A DNA stretch of 64,000 nucleotides, from assembly GCA_963710335.1 (NCBI GenBank), contig CAVQAA010000010.1, positions 286,923 to 350,922 on the forward strand, given 5' to 3'. Under the pieces are notes generated by a model. It saw nothing but the letters and a program-made list of their open reading frames with translations, had not been told where the DNA came from and did not search any database. A program made the translations under genes and the position numbers. Shown in pieces: positions 9,620-19,396 of this stretch. Position 1 is the first letter of the stretch. Every line of letters starts with the position of its first letter. This DNA comes from an uncultured Spirochaetota bacterium (lineage in GTDB: Bacteria > Spirochaetota > Spirochaetia > SZUA-6 > Fen-1364).

Positions 9620-10308
9620 GGGGCAGCTCCCCGGGCAATGGTAGCGAACCGCCTCAGAATCTCATTGCCAAACGGCGTATCGATGATTGAGCTTCCTTCA
9701 GGAAGCCCTTCCTCCTTCACGTAGGCGCGCATGATCCCCGCATCGAACTCCGGATGAAACTGAACGCCCCAGGCGCAATCACCGACCCGGAATGCCTGGT
9801 TGCGATCCAGGGAGTTGAGGGCCAGGTGAATTGCGCCGGGCGGAAGGCTGAGCACGGACTGGGAATGGCTGAGGTGGACCTGGATCGTCCCGGGCAACCC
9901 TCCCAGGAGCCGGTCCCGGAAGGCGGCCTCAAGGAAGGTGACCTCCCTCGTCCCCATTTCCCGTCCGTTGGGATTGTACCCAACCGTGCCGCCAAGCGCG
10001 TGCGCCAGCAGCTGGTGACCGTAGCAGATCCCGAGTATCGGCGCGCCGTGTGATACGGCGCGGGCCAACCATGAGGCGGTCTGCTCGCTCCACTCCAGGC
10101 GATCGGTCACCATGTCGTGTGAGCCCGTGATCACGATTGCTCCGGCGTTTTCCGGCAGGGGAAGCGGCTGGCCGGCGGCAACGTCCACCACGTCAGCCTG
10201 CCCGACCGAAAGCCCCATACCTTCCAGGATCCAGTCCTCGAAATCACCTCGCCGGGACTTCAGGGAGGGCATCGTGTCCCCCGTCTTTATGATTGTCATC
10301 TTTGCCAT
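9613..10308 (-). CDS. Class I glutamine amidotransferase (GuaA-like, stand-alone)
   Basis: ITGS, LGICYGHQLLA, GVQFHPE catalytic triad. Confidence 0.9.
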   Translation of the reverse strand: MAKMTIIKTGDTMPSLKSRRGDFEDWILEGMGLSVGQADVVDVAAGQPLPLPENAGAIVITGSHDMVTDRLEWSEQTASWLARAVSHGAPILGICYGHQLLAHALGGTVGYNPNGREMGTREVTFLEAAFRDRLLGGLPGTIQVHLSHSQSVLSLPPGAIHLALNSLDRNQAFRVGDCAWGVQFHPEFDAGIMRAYVKEEGLPEGSSIIDTPFGNEILRRFATIARGAAPH

Positions 10309-10382
10309 GACTGCACGCTGTCTTCGTCCCCACTATAGCGAATTTCGCTGGATTGTGGTGACGTAAGTATGTTCTATTTGTC

Positions 10383-11612
10383 ATGAAGTGGATCGAAGGC
10401 TGGTACTTTTCCTACGCCCTGCTCGGTGCAGCCGCTTCGGGCATCCTCCCCGTTCTGCTTCCCCTTGTCGTGGCCGGCTCTCAGACTCCTTCCCAGGTGG
10501 GCCTCGTGATGGCGGCTTTCAGCTTCGGCGGCCTGACTGCGCCGTTGTGGGGAAGGCTGGCCGATCTGAGGAGGCTCCACAAAGTGCTTCTTGCTGGAGG
10601 CCTGGCCTGCACGGCATGCGCTTCTGCGGCGTTTCCCTTCATCCCCCCGCTATCCCTTCGCGTCGTTCTTGCTCTCCTTCAGGGGATCGGCATAGCAGCG
10701 GCCGCCACGACGGCAAACCTTTTCATCGTGGAGGCGCACCCGCGCTCCCAATGGGACGCCAGGATCGGATGGCTGCAGACTTTCTACGGTGCGGGTCAGG
10801 TGGGAGGCCTGCTCCTGGCTGGTTTTCTTGCACAGGCTGACTCCCGCGCGGGGTTGACGGCAGCCGGAGCGCTGACCGCCGTTGCAGTTCTTCCAGCTCT
10901 TCTGACTGCCCCCCGGCTCCCGATGCAGTCCACCGCGCGCAGGCCGGCGCTGACACACGCGGCACGTCACGCAGAGTGGCCGGCCGGCTCTCCCCAGCGC
11001 ATGTACCATCACCCCACCTCGGGAGCGTTCCGTCTCCTTGCCTCATCCGGGGGCGCATCTCTGGGACTCTTTCTGCTGGGCTGGTTTTTCAGCTTCGGGG
11101 GAAGCGCAGCTTTCTTTTCCCTGTACCCCATCATCATGCAGCGAACCTACGGCGTCGGTCCGGCGCTTTCCTCGGCCGGGTTTGCCGTCTCAGCGGGGCT
11201 CGGACTTCTCCTGTATGCGCCCTCGGGCAGATGGTCTGCACAGGGGCGCCCTGTCAAGGTGCTTCGCGCCGGGGTGGCCGTGCGCGCTGCAGCATATGCC
11301 CTCTTGGCGCTGCTGACTGTCTCCCATGCGCCAGAGCACGGATGGCCGGCCCTGGGAACATTCCTTGTCGTGGTTCTGGCGTGGTCAGCCCTGAGCGTGG
11401 CCGGCACGGCTTTGGTGGCGGAGATGTACGCCGGCCGCAAGAGCGAGGGTGAAGGCCTGGGCCTGTTCAACGCGGTGACCGCCCTTGCCGGGGTTGCGGG
11501 GTCCGTCGTCGGCGGCCTGTTGGCGGGCGCCTGGGGTTACAGCGCAATCCCTTTTGTGGCCCTCGGCGGAACGGTGGTCGGACTGTTGGTTCTTCTTGCC
11601 GGCCGTTTTTGA
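10383..11612 (+). CDS. MFS transporter
   Basis: About 12 hydrophobic segments and motif A (WGRLADLRR). Confidence 0.85.
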   Translation: MKWIEGWYFSYALLGAAASGILPVLLPLVVAGSQTPSQVGLVMAAFSFGGLTAPLWGRLADLRRLHKVLLAGGLACTACASAAFPFIPPLSLRVVLALLQGIGIAAAATTANLFIVEAHPRSQWDARIGWLQTFYGAGQVGGLLLAGFLAQADSRAGLTAAGALTAVAVLPALLTAPRLPMQSTARRPALTHAARHAEWPAGSPQRMYHHPTSGAFRLLASSGGASLGLFLLGWFFSFGGSAAFFSLYPIIMQRTYGVGPALSSAGFAVSAGLGLLLYAPSGRWSAQGRPVKVLRAGVAVRAAAYALLALLTVSHAPEHGWPALGTFLVVVLAWSALSVAGTALVAEMYAGRKSEGEGLGLFNAVTALAGVAGSVVGGLLAGAWGYSAIPFVALGGTVVGLLVLLAGRF

Positions 11613-11634
11613 GCAAAAGAGGAGGAGGTTCTCC

Positions 11635-12729
11635 ATTAAAGCTATCTGTCTTGTTCCGGGGACCACGGAGCTGAAGCTTGTCGACAGACCGCAGCCAGCA
11701 GTGAAAGCGGACGACGACGTGCTGGCCAGCGTCATCAGCGTGGGGATCTGCGGCACCGACCGGGAGGAAGCCTCCGGGGGCCGTGCTTTGCCCCCCGTGG
11801 GCGCCAAAGAGCTGGTCATCGGGCACGAAATGATGGCCAGGGTCGTGCAGACCGGAAAATCGGTCCAGCGGGTCAAACCCGGGGACCTGGCGGTCTTCAC
11901 GGTGCGCCGCGGCTGCGGAGCATGCCTGCCGTGCGCAATGAACCGCTCTGACATGTGTTTGACGGGAAACTTCAGGGAACGGGGGATCTGGGGCCTCGAC
12001 GGCTACCAGACGGAGCTCGTGGTGGACTCGGAGCGCTACGTGGTGCGCGTCCCGAAGGAGCTTGAAGGCACCGGGGTTCTCACGGAGCCTCTCTCCGTTG
12101 CTGAAAAGGCCATCGATGAAGCGGTGAGGATTCAGACCTCCCGGCTCCCCGAGTCTGCCGCCCGGCCGTACTGGCTTCACGGACGGCGCTGCCTTGTCGC
12201 CGGCCTGGGGCCCATCGGGCTTCTTGCGGCCATGGGGCTGCGTCTTCGCGGCGCGGAGGTGTACGGCCTGGACATCGTGGATGCGGCAGGCACCCGACCC
12301 GCCTGGCTTCGGCGTATCGGAGGGACCTACCTGGACGCCCGTATCACCTCACCGGGCGCCATGCAGGGCATGGAGCTGATCTTTGAAGCCACCGGCGTGG
12401 CCGCCCTGGAGTTCAACCTGCTGGACGCCCTGGGGCGAAACGGGATCTATGTCCTCACCGGGATTCCCGGCGGGGACCGGCCTCTTCAGCTGGAAGGCGC
12501 GGAGATCATCCGCAAGCTTGTCCTGGAGAACCAGGCCATGGTGGGAAGCGTCAATGCGTCACGCGACCATTTCCAGATGGCGGTGGACGACCTGGAGCAG
12601 GCGCAGACCATGTGGCCGGGTCTTGTGCAGGGGCTCATCACCGCGCGTCGGCCGTATGCAGAGTTCACGAAAGCCCTCTCGAGGCACGATCCTGACGAGA
12701 TCAAAGTGACCCTCGAATGGGGCCGGTAG
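11635..12729 (+). CDS. Zn-dependent glucose 1-dehydrogenase (MDR family), probable ATT start
   Basis: GICGTDRE, GHE, TVRRGCGACLPC..DMC, ERGIWGLDG, LTEPLSV, GLGPIG, GSVNA. SD GGAGGAGG lies 6 nt before ATT AAA GCT ATC. Confidence 0.88.
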   Translation: MKAICLVPGTTELKLVDRPQPAVKADDDVLASVISVGICGTDREEASGGRALPPVGAKELVIGHEMMARVVQTGKSVQRVKPGDLAVFTVRRGCGACLPCAMNRSDMCLTGNFRERGIWGLDGYQTELVVDSERYVVRVPKELEGTGVLTEPLSVAEKAIDEAVRIQTSRLPESAARPYWLHGRRCLVAGLGPIGLLAAMGLRLRGAEVYGLDIVDAAGTRPAWLRRIGGTYLDARITSPGAMQGMELIFEATGVAALEFNLLDALGRNGIYVLTGIPGGDRPLQLEGAEIIRKLVLENQAMVGSVNASRDHFQMAVDDLEQAQTMWPGLVQGLITARRPYAEFTKALSRHDPDEIKVTLEWGR

Positions 12730-12747
12730 AGAGAGGACAATTGGAGC

Positions 12748-15177
12748 ATGGAAGATTCCATGACATGGGCTCCCGGGTGGCCCGGGATCGAGCCCCGCTG
12801 GACATCGAGCGCGAAACAGGGAATCGGCTCGTCGCTGAGCCCTGCAAGCCGCGTCTCCTTCACGCTGAGCCACGGCATTTTGAACGAGATCTACTACCCC
12901 CGGGTGGACCGTGCGTGCACGCGGGACATGGGGATGATGGTGGCTTCCGACGACGGCTTCTTCTCGGAGGAGAAACGGAACGCCGCTCACCGCGTGTCCA
13001 TGCTGGCTCCCGGCGTGCCCGCCTACGCCCTTTCCAACATGTGCACGGCGGGACGGTACAGGATCGACAAGGAGGTCCTCACGGACCCGCAGAGAGAGAC
13101 GCTCCTCCAGCGGACCCGGTTCACGGCGCTCGCAGGACCCCTGTCCAGCTACCGCCTGTACGTGCTTCTTTCCCCGCACATCGGCAACAGGGGATCCGGG
13201 AACACCGGATGGGTCGGCGACTACAAGGGTGTCGGGATGCTCTTTGCCGAGCGTGACGGCACATGCATGGCGCTTGCCTGCTCGCGCCCGTGGCGAAACC
13301 GTTCCGTGGGCTTTGTCGGCTCCTCCGACGGCTGGCAGGACGTGAGCCGCAACAAGCGCATGACCTGGGCATGGGAGCGGGCGGAGAACGGGAACATCGC
13401 GCTGACGGCGGAGGTCGATATCGGGTCGCAGGACGGGGACTTCGTGGTGGCTCTGGGCTTCGGACGGAACGCGGCCGAGGCGGGAAACCGCGCGCTGGCC
13501 AGCCTTTCCGACGGGTTCGACCACGCAAGGCGCGGCTATATCGAGGAGTGGACGCAGTGGCAGGAGAGCCTCGCCTGGCAGGGGGAGGCGGGCAGCTCCG
13601 TGAGCCCGGAGCCATCGCCTGTCCCCGACTTGTTTCGAATCAGCACGGCGGTCATCCGCGCGCATGAAGCCAAAAACTTCCCGGGCGGGTTGATCGCCAG
13701 TCTCTCCATTCCCTGGGGCTTTGCCAAAGGGGACGACGACCTGGGCGGATATCATCTCGTGTGGTCCCGGGACCTCGTGGAAACCGCCGGGGGGCTTCTG
13801 GCAGCCGGTTGTCGCGAGACCCCGCGGAGAGTCCTCCATTATCTGCAATCCACGCAGGAAGCAGACGGCCACTGGCCGCAGAATATGTGGCTTGACGGCT
13901 CGGCGTACTGGCCGGGCATCCAGATGGATGAGACCGCGCTTCCCATCCTGCTGGTGGACCTTGCTCTGCGCGAGAAAGCCATAGACGACGGGGAGCGCGC
14001 GCGGATGTGGACCATGGTCAGGCGCGCGGCTTCCTTCATTGTCTGCAACGGCCCCGTCACGCAGCAGGACCGATGGGAGGAAGACCCCGGCTACTCGCCG
14101 TTCACCCTGGCGGCGGAAGTCGCGGCGCTCCTGTGCGCGGCGGATCTTGCCGAGGCGGAGGGAGAGAAGGGGACCGCGGAATACCTGCGGGATACCGCGG
14201 ACATCTGGAACGACGGAATCGAGCGCTGGATCTACGTCCAGGGGACGGAGCTTGCCGCGCAAGTAGGAGTGGAAGGCTACTACGTGCGGATTGCCCCGCC
14301 TGACGAGGCCGACGCATCCTCCCCGGCGGGCGGGTTCGTTCCCATCAAGAACAGGCCCCCGGGACAGGGAATGGAGCGCGCGTCTCATATCGTGAGCCCG
14401 GACGCCTTTGCGCTTGTTCGCTTCGGGCTTCGCGCGGCGACGGACGGCAGGATCCGAAACACGTTGAAGGTCATCGACGCCCTCCTGAAGGTCGAGACTT
14501 CCGTGGGCCCCGCATGGCACCGGTACAACGACGACGGGTATGGGGAAAAGGATGATGGCTCGGCGTTCGACGGAACAGGAATCGGCAGGGCGTGGCCTCT
14601 CATCACGGGAGAGCGGGGTCACTACGAGCTTGCCGCGGGCCGCACAGCGGAGGCGAGAAGGCTCTGCCGGGCCCTGGAGTCCTTTGCAGGGGATGGGGGA
14701 ATGCTCCCGGAGCAGATCTGGGACGCGACGGACATTCCGCTGCGGGAGCTCTACCGGGGGAAACCGACCGGCTCTGCAATGCCCCTGCTGTGGGCTCATG
14801 CCGAGTACCTGAAGCTGCTGCGCTCCATCAGGGATGGAAAGGTCTTCGACATGCCTGCCCAGACCGTGCGGCGCTACGCGGTGGAGAAAAGACAATCCCC
14901 GTATGCGGCGTGGCGCCTGAACCAGAAACGTCGAGCTGTCCCGTGCGGAAAGACACTGCGGGTCGAGCTGCTCCGGGAAGCCGTTGTCGGTTTCAGCTCC
15001 GACGGTTGGGCGCACGCCGGCGAGCTTTCCTCTCGTCCATCAGGCCTTGGCATGCATGTGGCGGACCTTCCCACAAAGGACATGGAAAGCGGCACGCACC
15101 TGGCGTTCACGGTGCGCTGGAAGGCCACGGGGAATGAGGAAAAGCCGGGGTTTTCCGTGCTTATCGGAGGGACATAG
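12748..15177 (+). CDS. GH15 glucoamylase/glucodextranase (glucan 1,4-alpha-glucosidase)
   Basis: APGWPGIEPRWTSSAK, GILNEIYYP, GGYHLVWSRD, QMDE, QQDRWEE, RYNDDGYGE, PEQIWD, SAMPLLWAHAEY. Confidence 0.92.
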   Translation: MEDSMTWAPGWPGIEPRWTSSAKQGIGSSLSPASRVSFTLSHGILNEIYYPRVDRACTRDMGMMVASDDGFFSEEKRNAAHRVSMLAPGVPAYALSNMCTAGRYRIDKEVLTDPQRETLLQRTRFTALAGPLSSYRLYVLLSPHIGNRGSGNTGWVGDYKGVGMLFAERDGTCMALACSRPWRNRSVGFVGSSDGWQDVSRNKRMTWAWERAENGNIALTAEVDIGSQDGDFVVALGFGRNAAEAGNRALASLSDGFDHARRGYIEEWTQWQESLAWQGEAGSSVSPEPSPVPDLFRISTAVIRAHEAKNFPGGLIASLSIPWGFAKGDDDLGGYHLVWSRDLVETAGGLLAAGCRETPRRVLHYLQSTQEADGHWPQNMWLDGSAYWPGIQMDETALPILLVDLALREKAIDDGERARMWTMVRRAASFIVCNGPVTQQDRWEEDPGYSPFTLAAEVAALLCAADLAEAEGEKGTAEYLRDTADIWNDGIERWIYVQGTELAAQVGVEGYYVRIAPPDEADASSPAGGFVPIKNRPPGQGMERASHIVSPDAFALVRFGLRAATDGRIRNTLKVIDALLKVETSVGPAWHRYNDDGYGEKDDGSAFDGTGIGRAWPLITGERGHYELAAGRTAEARRLCRALESFAGDGGMLPEQIWDATDIPLRELYRGKPTGSAMPLLWAHAEYLKLLRSIRDGKVFDMPAQTVRRYAVEKRQSPYAAWRLNQKRRAVPCGKTLRVELLREAVVGFSSDGWAHAGELSSRPSGLGMHVADLPTKDMESGTHLAFTVRWKATGNEEKPGFSVLIGGT

Positions 15178-15191
15178 GGCGCTGTCGAGCC

Positions 15192-15578
15192 CTACAGCGC
15201 GGCGATGACTTTCGTGAGCTTTGCCTTCACCTGTTCGGCAATGCCGGCCAGGCGCGGGTTGTCGACGGTCTTCATGGACGCCGCGGGGTCAATGGCGGCG
15301 GCTTCCACCTTTCCGTCCGCGGTTTCCTGGACAATGACGTTGCACGGGAGCAGGAGGCCTATTTTCTCCTCCACCTGCAAAGCCTGCCAGGCGAAGGGAG
15401 GATTGCACGCCCCGAGGATCCGGTAATTGCGGAAATCCACGTTCAGCTTCTTCTTCATGGTTTCCTTCACATCGATTTCGGTGAGCACGCCGAATCCTTC
15501 GCTGCCAAGGGCTTGCTTGACCCGGTCCAGGGCTTTTTCGAAAGGAAGGGAGAGGGTTTTCTGAATGTAATACTGCAT
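15192..15578 (-). CDS. DUF302 family protein
   Basis: GFGVLTEIDV, YRILGACNP, IGLLLPCNV. Confidence 0.9.
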   Translation of the reverse strand: MQYYIQKTLSLPFEKALDRVKQALGSEGFGVLTEIDVKETMKKKLNVDFRNYRILGACNPPFAWQALQVEEKIGLLLPCNVIVQETADGKVEAAAIDPAASMKTVDNPRLAGIAEQVKAKLTKVIAAL

Positions 15579-15644
15579 GAATCCTCCTGCATGGCCGGCC
15601 GCGCAGGCGCCGCCAACGCGCGGCGCCCGCCCATGGCCGTCAGC

Positions 15645-15815
15645 TCACGTCTTTGCCTGGACGTATTTCTTGGGATCTGCGTCGAAGGCCTTGGCGCACC
15701 CCTGCGCGCAGAAGAAATACTTTGTGCCCTCGTACCGCCTGTTCGCGGCGGCCGTTGCCGGGTCGATCATCATCCCGCACACAACGTCCTTGACCTTCGA
15801 TGGATCTGTGCCCAT
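15645..15815 (-). CDS. YHS/TRASH metal-binding domain protein (56 aa, absent from the ORF track)
   Basis: Manual translation: MGTDPSKVKDVVCGMMID...YEGTKYFFCAQGCAKAFDADPKKYVQAKT. SD GAGGAG. Confidence 0.9.
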   Translation of the reverse strand: MGTDPSKVKDVVCGMMIDPATAAANRRYEGTKYFFCAQGCAKAFDADPKKYVQAKT

Positions 15816-15825
15816 GTTCTCCTCC

Positions 15826-16107
15826 TCACCTTTCGAGATATTTCTCCAGTATCATGGTAATCTCGTCGATCTTTTCGCTTCCCTTGTCCGTCCTGACCGC
15901 CTCCTTCACGCACGTGTTCATGTGCTGCCTGAGGATGACGATGTTCGCCTTTTTCAGGAGCGCGATGGACGCATGGACCTGCTTGGAAACGTCGATGCAA
16001 TATCGGTCTTCGTCCACCATCCGAAGAATCGCGTCGATCTGGCCCCGCGCGGTCTTCAGCAGGTCAATGGCTTTCTGGCTGTCGTGACTCTCATGCTGCA
16101 TGTGCAT
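15826..16107 (-). CDS. csoR: CsoR-family copper-sensing repressor
   Basis: [24 protein letters not shown]...RQHMNTC (Cys-His-Cys Cu(I) ligands). Lies downstream of copA. Confidence 0.88.
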   Translation of the reverse strand: MHMQHESHDSQKAIDLLKTARGQIDAILRMVDEDRYCIDVSKQVHASIALLKKANIVILRQHMNTCVKEAVRTDKGSEKIDEITMILEKYLER

Positions 16108-18589
16108 TCTCCCGTGCTCCCGCGGTCCTCTGGATCCTGAACCTGCGCAGCCGCAGCGCATTGCTCACCACCGATACCGAGCTCAGCGACATTGCGGCCG
16201 CCGCGAAGATGGGGTTGAGCAGCGGGCCGCCGAACACGTGCAGAAGGCCCGCGGCTATCGGGATGCCCAGCACATTATAGCAGAATGCCCAGAAAAGATT
16301 CTGCTTGATGTTGCGGATGGTCCCCCTGCTGAGCTGGATTGCGCCCGCGACGTCCGCGAGGTCGCTTCTCATCAGCACGATATCCGCGGACTCGATGGCG
16401 ACGTCGGTCCCGGACCCGATGGCGATCCCGATGTCCGCCTGGGCCAGGGCCGCGGCGTCGTTGATGCCGTCCCCCACCATGGCAACCCTGCGGCCTTGTT
16501 CCTGAAGCTTCTTCACCTCGGCGGCTTTTTGCTGCGGCAGCACCTCAGCCACCACCTTGTCCACCCCGACCTGCCGCGCGATGGCCTGAGCCGTCCTGGG
16601 GTTGTCACCTGTCAGCATCACGACCTGCAGGCCCATGTCGCGCAGCTTGCGGATGGCGCCGGCGCTCGACTCCTTGGGCACGTCCGCCACCGCGATGATT
16701 CCCGCGGGAGCGCCGTCGATTGCCACGAACATGGGGGTCTTGCCGTTTTCCGCGAACCGCGCGGACTCTTCAATGAGAGCGCCGAGGCTGATCCCCTTGC
16801 GGCTCATCAGCGTCTCGTTGCCCAGAAGGAGGGCCTTCCCGCCTATGCGCGCCTCGATCCCCTGGCCGGGAATGGCCTGGAACTTTTCCAGCGCCAGGAG
16901 GTTGAGCCCCCTGAGCTCGGCGCTCTGAACGATAGCATCCCCCAGGGGATGCTCCGAGCCCTTCTCAGCGGAGGCGGCAAGCTGCAGAAGCGCGTTCTCA
17001 TCCAGGCCGTTGGCCAGCGTGACGTCCGTCACCACGGGCCTGCCTTCCGTGACGGTGCCGGTCTTGTCCAGGACCACTGTCTGAACGCGATGCGTCGCTT
17101 CCAGGGCCGCTCCGCCCTTGATGAGGATCCCCTCTTCCGCGCCTTTTCCCGTGCCCACCATGATGGCCGTGGGAGTGGCAAGGCCCAGCGCGCATGGGCA
17201 GGCAATCACGAGCACCGCCGTGAAGATTGTCATGCTGAATGCGACGCTCTGTCCCGAGATGAGCCAGGCTGCCCCCGCCGCCAGGGCGATCAGGATCACG
17301 ATGGGCACGAAATAGCCCGAAACGACGTCCGCCAGCTGAGCAATGGGCGCCTTCGATCCCTGGGCCTGCTCGACAAGCTTGATGATCTGCGCAAGGGCGG
17401 TGTCGCTGCCCACGCGGGTGGCCCGGAAGGTAATGCTCCCGTTTTTGTTGATGCTGGCGCCCGTCACCTGGTCACCGGTTTTCTTCTCGACGGGGATGCT
17501 TTCCCCGGTCAGCATGGATTCATCCACCGAGGTGTAGCCGTCAATCACCTCGCCATCCACGGGCACTTTTTCGCCCGGACGCACGCGCAGGACGTCTCCC
17601 ACTTCGACCTCGGAGATGGGGATCTCGGTTTCCACTCCGTCGTGGATTACCGTTGCGGTCTTGGGCGCGAGCCCCATCAGCTTCTTGATGGCCTGGGATG
17701 TCTTTCCCTTTGAAACGGTCTCCAGCGTCTTTCCGAGCATGATGAGGGTCAGGATCACGGCGGCGGTTTCGAAGTAAAGGTTTTTCACCGCCTCCGCGTC
17801 TCCCATGGCTATGCGGACCGTGTTGAAGACGCTGTACAGGACCGCTGCCGCGGTCCCGATTGCGATCAGCGAATCCATGTTGGGCGCTCGGTGCCAGAGA
17901 GCTTTGATGCCGACTCGATAGAACCTGCTCCCCGCCACGATGGCAGGGATCACCAGGATGATCTGGGCAAGCGCGTAGCTGAACGGGAAGCGCATGGGAT
18001 CCAGGAACGACGGGAGAGGAATCCTCGCGCCGGGAATCATGTGCACGAGCGCCAGGTAGAGGAGCGGGACCGAGGCGGAAGCGGCAACGATGAACCTCGT
18101 CCACATGGTTCGAATCTCGCGCTGCTTGCGCTCGGCGTCGTGATCCGCCGTGTCGGTTGCATCGATCTCCCGGGGAGTGTAGCCGGCGTCGCTGATGGCC
18201 TTCTTGATTCCCGAAAGCCTGACCCTTCCGGGGTCATAGGTGACGTCCGCCTTCTCCGTGGCAAGGTTCACGGTGACGCTCGCCACACCCTCCAGCTTTC
18301 CGACGGCCTTCTCGATATGCGCGACGCAGGAGGCGCACGTCATTCCATCGACGGGAATCACGACATGCTTGGATGTCTCCGAGCGCTCAAGGCCGTACCC
18401 CGCGTCTTCCACGGCTTTTCGGACCACGTCGAATGACACCTGGCCTTCATCATATTCCAGATGCAGCTTTTCCGTGGCCAGGTTCACACTGGCGGCTTTC
18501 ACGCCCGGCAGCTTTCCCACTACCTTTTCCACGCGCGCGGAGCACGATGCGCAGGTCATCCCTGTCACCGGAATCTCTTCAAGCTTCAT
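16091..18589 (-). CDS. copA: Cu(I)-translocating P1B-type ATPase
   Basis: Two GMTCASC HMA domains, [32 protein letters not shown] and MSLSS. Start at ATG 18589. Confidence 0.96.
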   Translation of the reverse strand: MKLEEIPVTGMTCASCSARVEKVVGKLPGVKAASVNLATEKLHLEYDEGQVSFDVVRKAVEDAGYGLERSETSKHVVIPVDGMTCASCVAHIEKAVGKLEGVASVTVNLATEKADVTYDPGRVRLSGIKKAISDAGYTPREIDATDTADHDAERKQREIRTMWTRFIVAASASVPLLYLALVHMIPGARIPLPSFLDPMRFPFSYALAQIILVIPAIVAGSRFYRVGIKALWHRAPNMDSLIAIGTAAAVLYSVFNTVRIAMGDAEAVKNLYFETAAVILTLIMLGKTLETVSKGKTSQAIKKLMGLAPKTATVIHDGVETEIPISEVEVGDVLRVRPGEKVPVDGEVIDGYTSVDESMLTGESIPVEKKTGDQVTGASINKNGSITFRATRVGSDTALAQIIKLVEQAQGSKAPIAQLADVVSGYFVPIVILIALAAGAAWLISGQSVAFSMTIFTAVLVIACPCALGLATPTAIMVGTGKGAEEGILIKGGAALEATHRVQTVVLDKTGTVTEGRPVVTDVTLANGLDENALLQLAASAEKGSEHPLGDAIVQSAELRGLNLLALEKFQAIPGQGIEARIGGKALLLGNETLMSRKGISLGALIEESARFAENGKTPMFVAIDGAPAGIIAVADVPKESSAGAIRKLRDMGLQVVMLTGDNPRTAQAIARQVGVDKVVAEVLPQQKAAEVKKLQEQGRRVAMVGDGINDAAALAQADIGIAIGSGTDVAIESADIVLMRSDLADVAGAIQLSRGTIRNIKQNLFWAFCYNVLGIPIAAGLLHVFGGPLLNPIFAAAAMSLSSVSVVSNALRLRRFRIQRTAGARENAHAA

Positions 18590-18614
18590 TGCAGGCCTTC
18601 CCTTTCGCTCCCAG

Positions 18615-18674
18615 CCCTCCCCTGGTGGGGAGGGGTTATAAATACAAATTACCACTCCGTGCCCTGCGCGTCAA
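18615..18674 (-). promoter_or_regulatory. copA promoter with CsoR-type operator
   Basis: Minus strand TTGACG-N17-TAATTT. Perfect GC-rich inverted repeat CCCTCCCC-N4-GGGGAGGG at 18615-18634. Confidence 0.7.
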
Positions 18675-18686
18675 GGGCAGGACATT

Positions 18687-19343
18687 CTATGCGAACCACT
18701 CCCAGGTTCCCTGGCCGCCCGCGGCCTTCCTGGTGTAGTCCTGCTGAGCCTGGGCTTCCATCTGGTATGCTTCGTTCGCTATCCGAGCATTCTGAGCGGA
18801 AGGGGCCGCGGTGCCCACCGCCTGGATGACTTCCTGCGCTGTCCTCATGGCTGCAAGGGAATTACCGGAAGGGTAGCCCACGACAGGCTGCGCAAAGGAC
18901 GAAACAAAGGATCCGCCTGGTTGACTCGTGCCGTTCAGAGCCGAAAGGAGAGTGGAGGTTGTCCGGCCTGCCTGCTGGGCTTCCAGGAGCGGAGCGCTTG
19001 CTCGAGGCAGGTTGCCGGCGGCCAGGGGGCCTGCTGCAAGAGGTCCGTTTGCCAGAGGTCCGTTTGCCATACGGCCCGCTGCCCCGGCGAACGCCGGAGG
19101 AGTCGGTGGCTGGAACGCCATTTGATTCGGGCCCATGAGCGTGGAAAGCAGCGCGGACGTTTCTCTTCCGGTCTGCATAGCCTCCTGGAGCCGAAGGTTC
19201 GGCCGCTGCAAGGCGGCGGTGCCCGGAGCGTTGGCGGAAGTTGTATCTGGACCTTCCGTCGGACGGGCCGCCTGCTGGTCCTGCCTGCGAGGCGTTATCA
19301 GGTCCGGCCTGGGGTAAACACCGTTGATGGGCTCTATTGCCAT
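18687..19343 (-). CDS. Hypothetical low-complexity protein with an SprA-related-like C-terminus
   Basis: Purine-rich SD. Ala/Pro/Gln-rich with GPLA repeats. C-terminal AQEVIQA..APSAQNARIANEAYQMEAQA. Confidence 0.65.
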   Translation of the reverse strand: MAIEPINGVYPRPDLITPRRQDQQAARPTEGPDTTSANAPGTAALQRPNLRLQEAMQTGRETSALLSTLMGPNQMAFQPPTPPAFAGAAGRMANGPLANGPLAAGPLAAGNLPRASAPLLEAQQAGRTTSTLLSALNGTSQPGGSFVSSFAQPVVGYPSGNSLAAMRTAQEVIQAVGTAAPSAQNARIANEAYQMEAQAQQDYTRKAAGGQGTWEWFA

Positions 19344-19396
19344 GACACACCCTCTCTCCTAAAGATACCGCATTCCGGGAAAAAAAGTTGCTGTCC

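Noticed and set aside
12559-15015. 818-aa antisense ORF, and similar long ORFs such as 16100-17713, 20954-22615, 27690-29042 and 60808-62145
   Set aside because: Shadows of real genes in GC-rich DNA. They are Arg/Pro/His-rich with no motifs.
19020-19075. Short tandem repeat considered as a CRISPR-like array
   Set aside because: In-frame 15-nt coding repeats with no spacers and no cas genes.
19345-19396. Possible sigma28 promoter before the repetitive protein
   Set aside because: The match to TAAA-N15-GCCGATAA is too poor to support.
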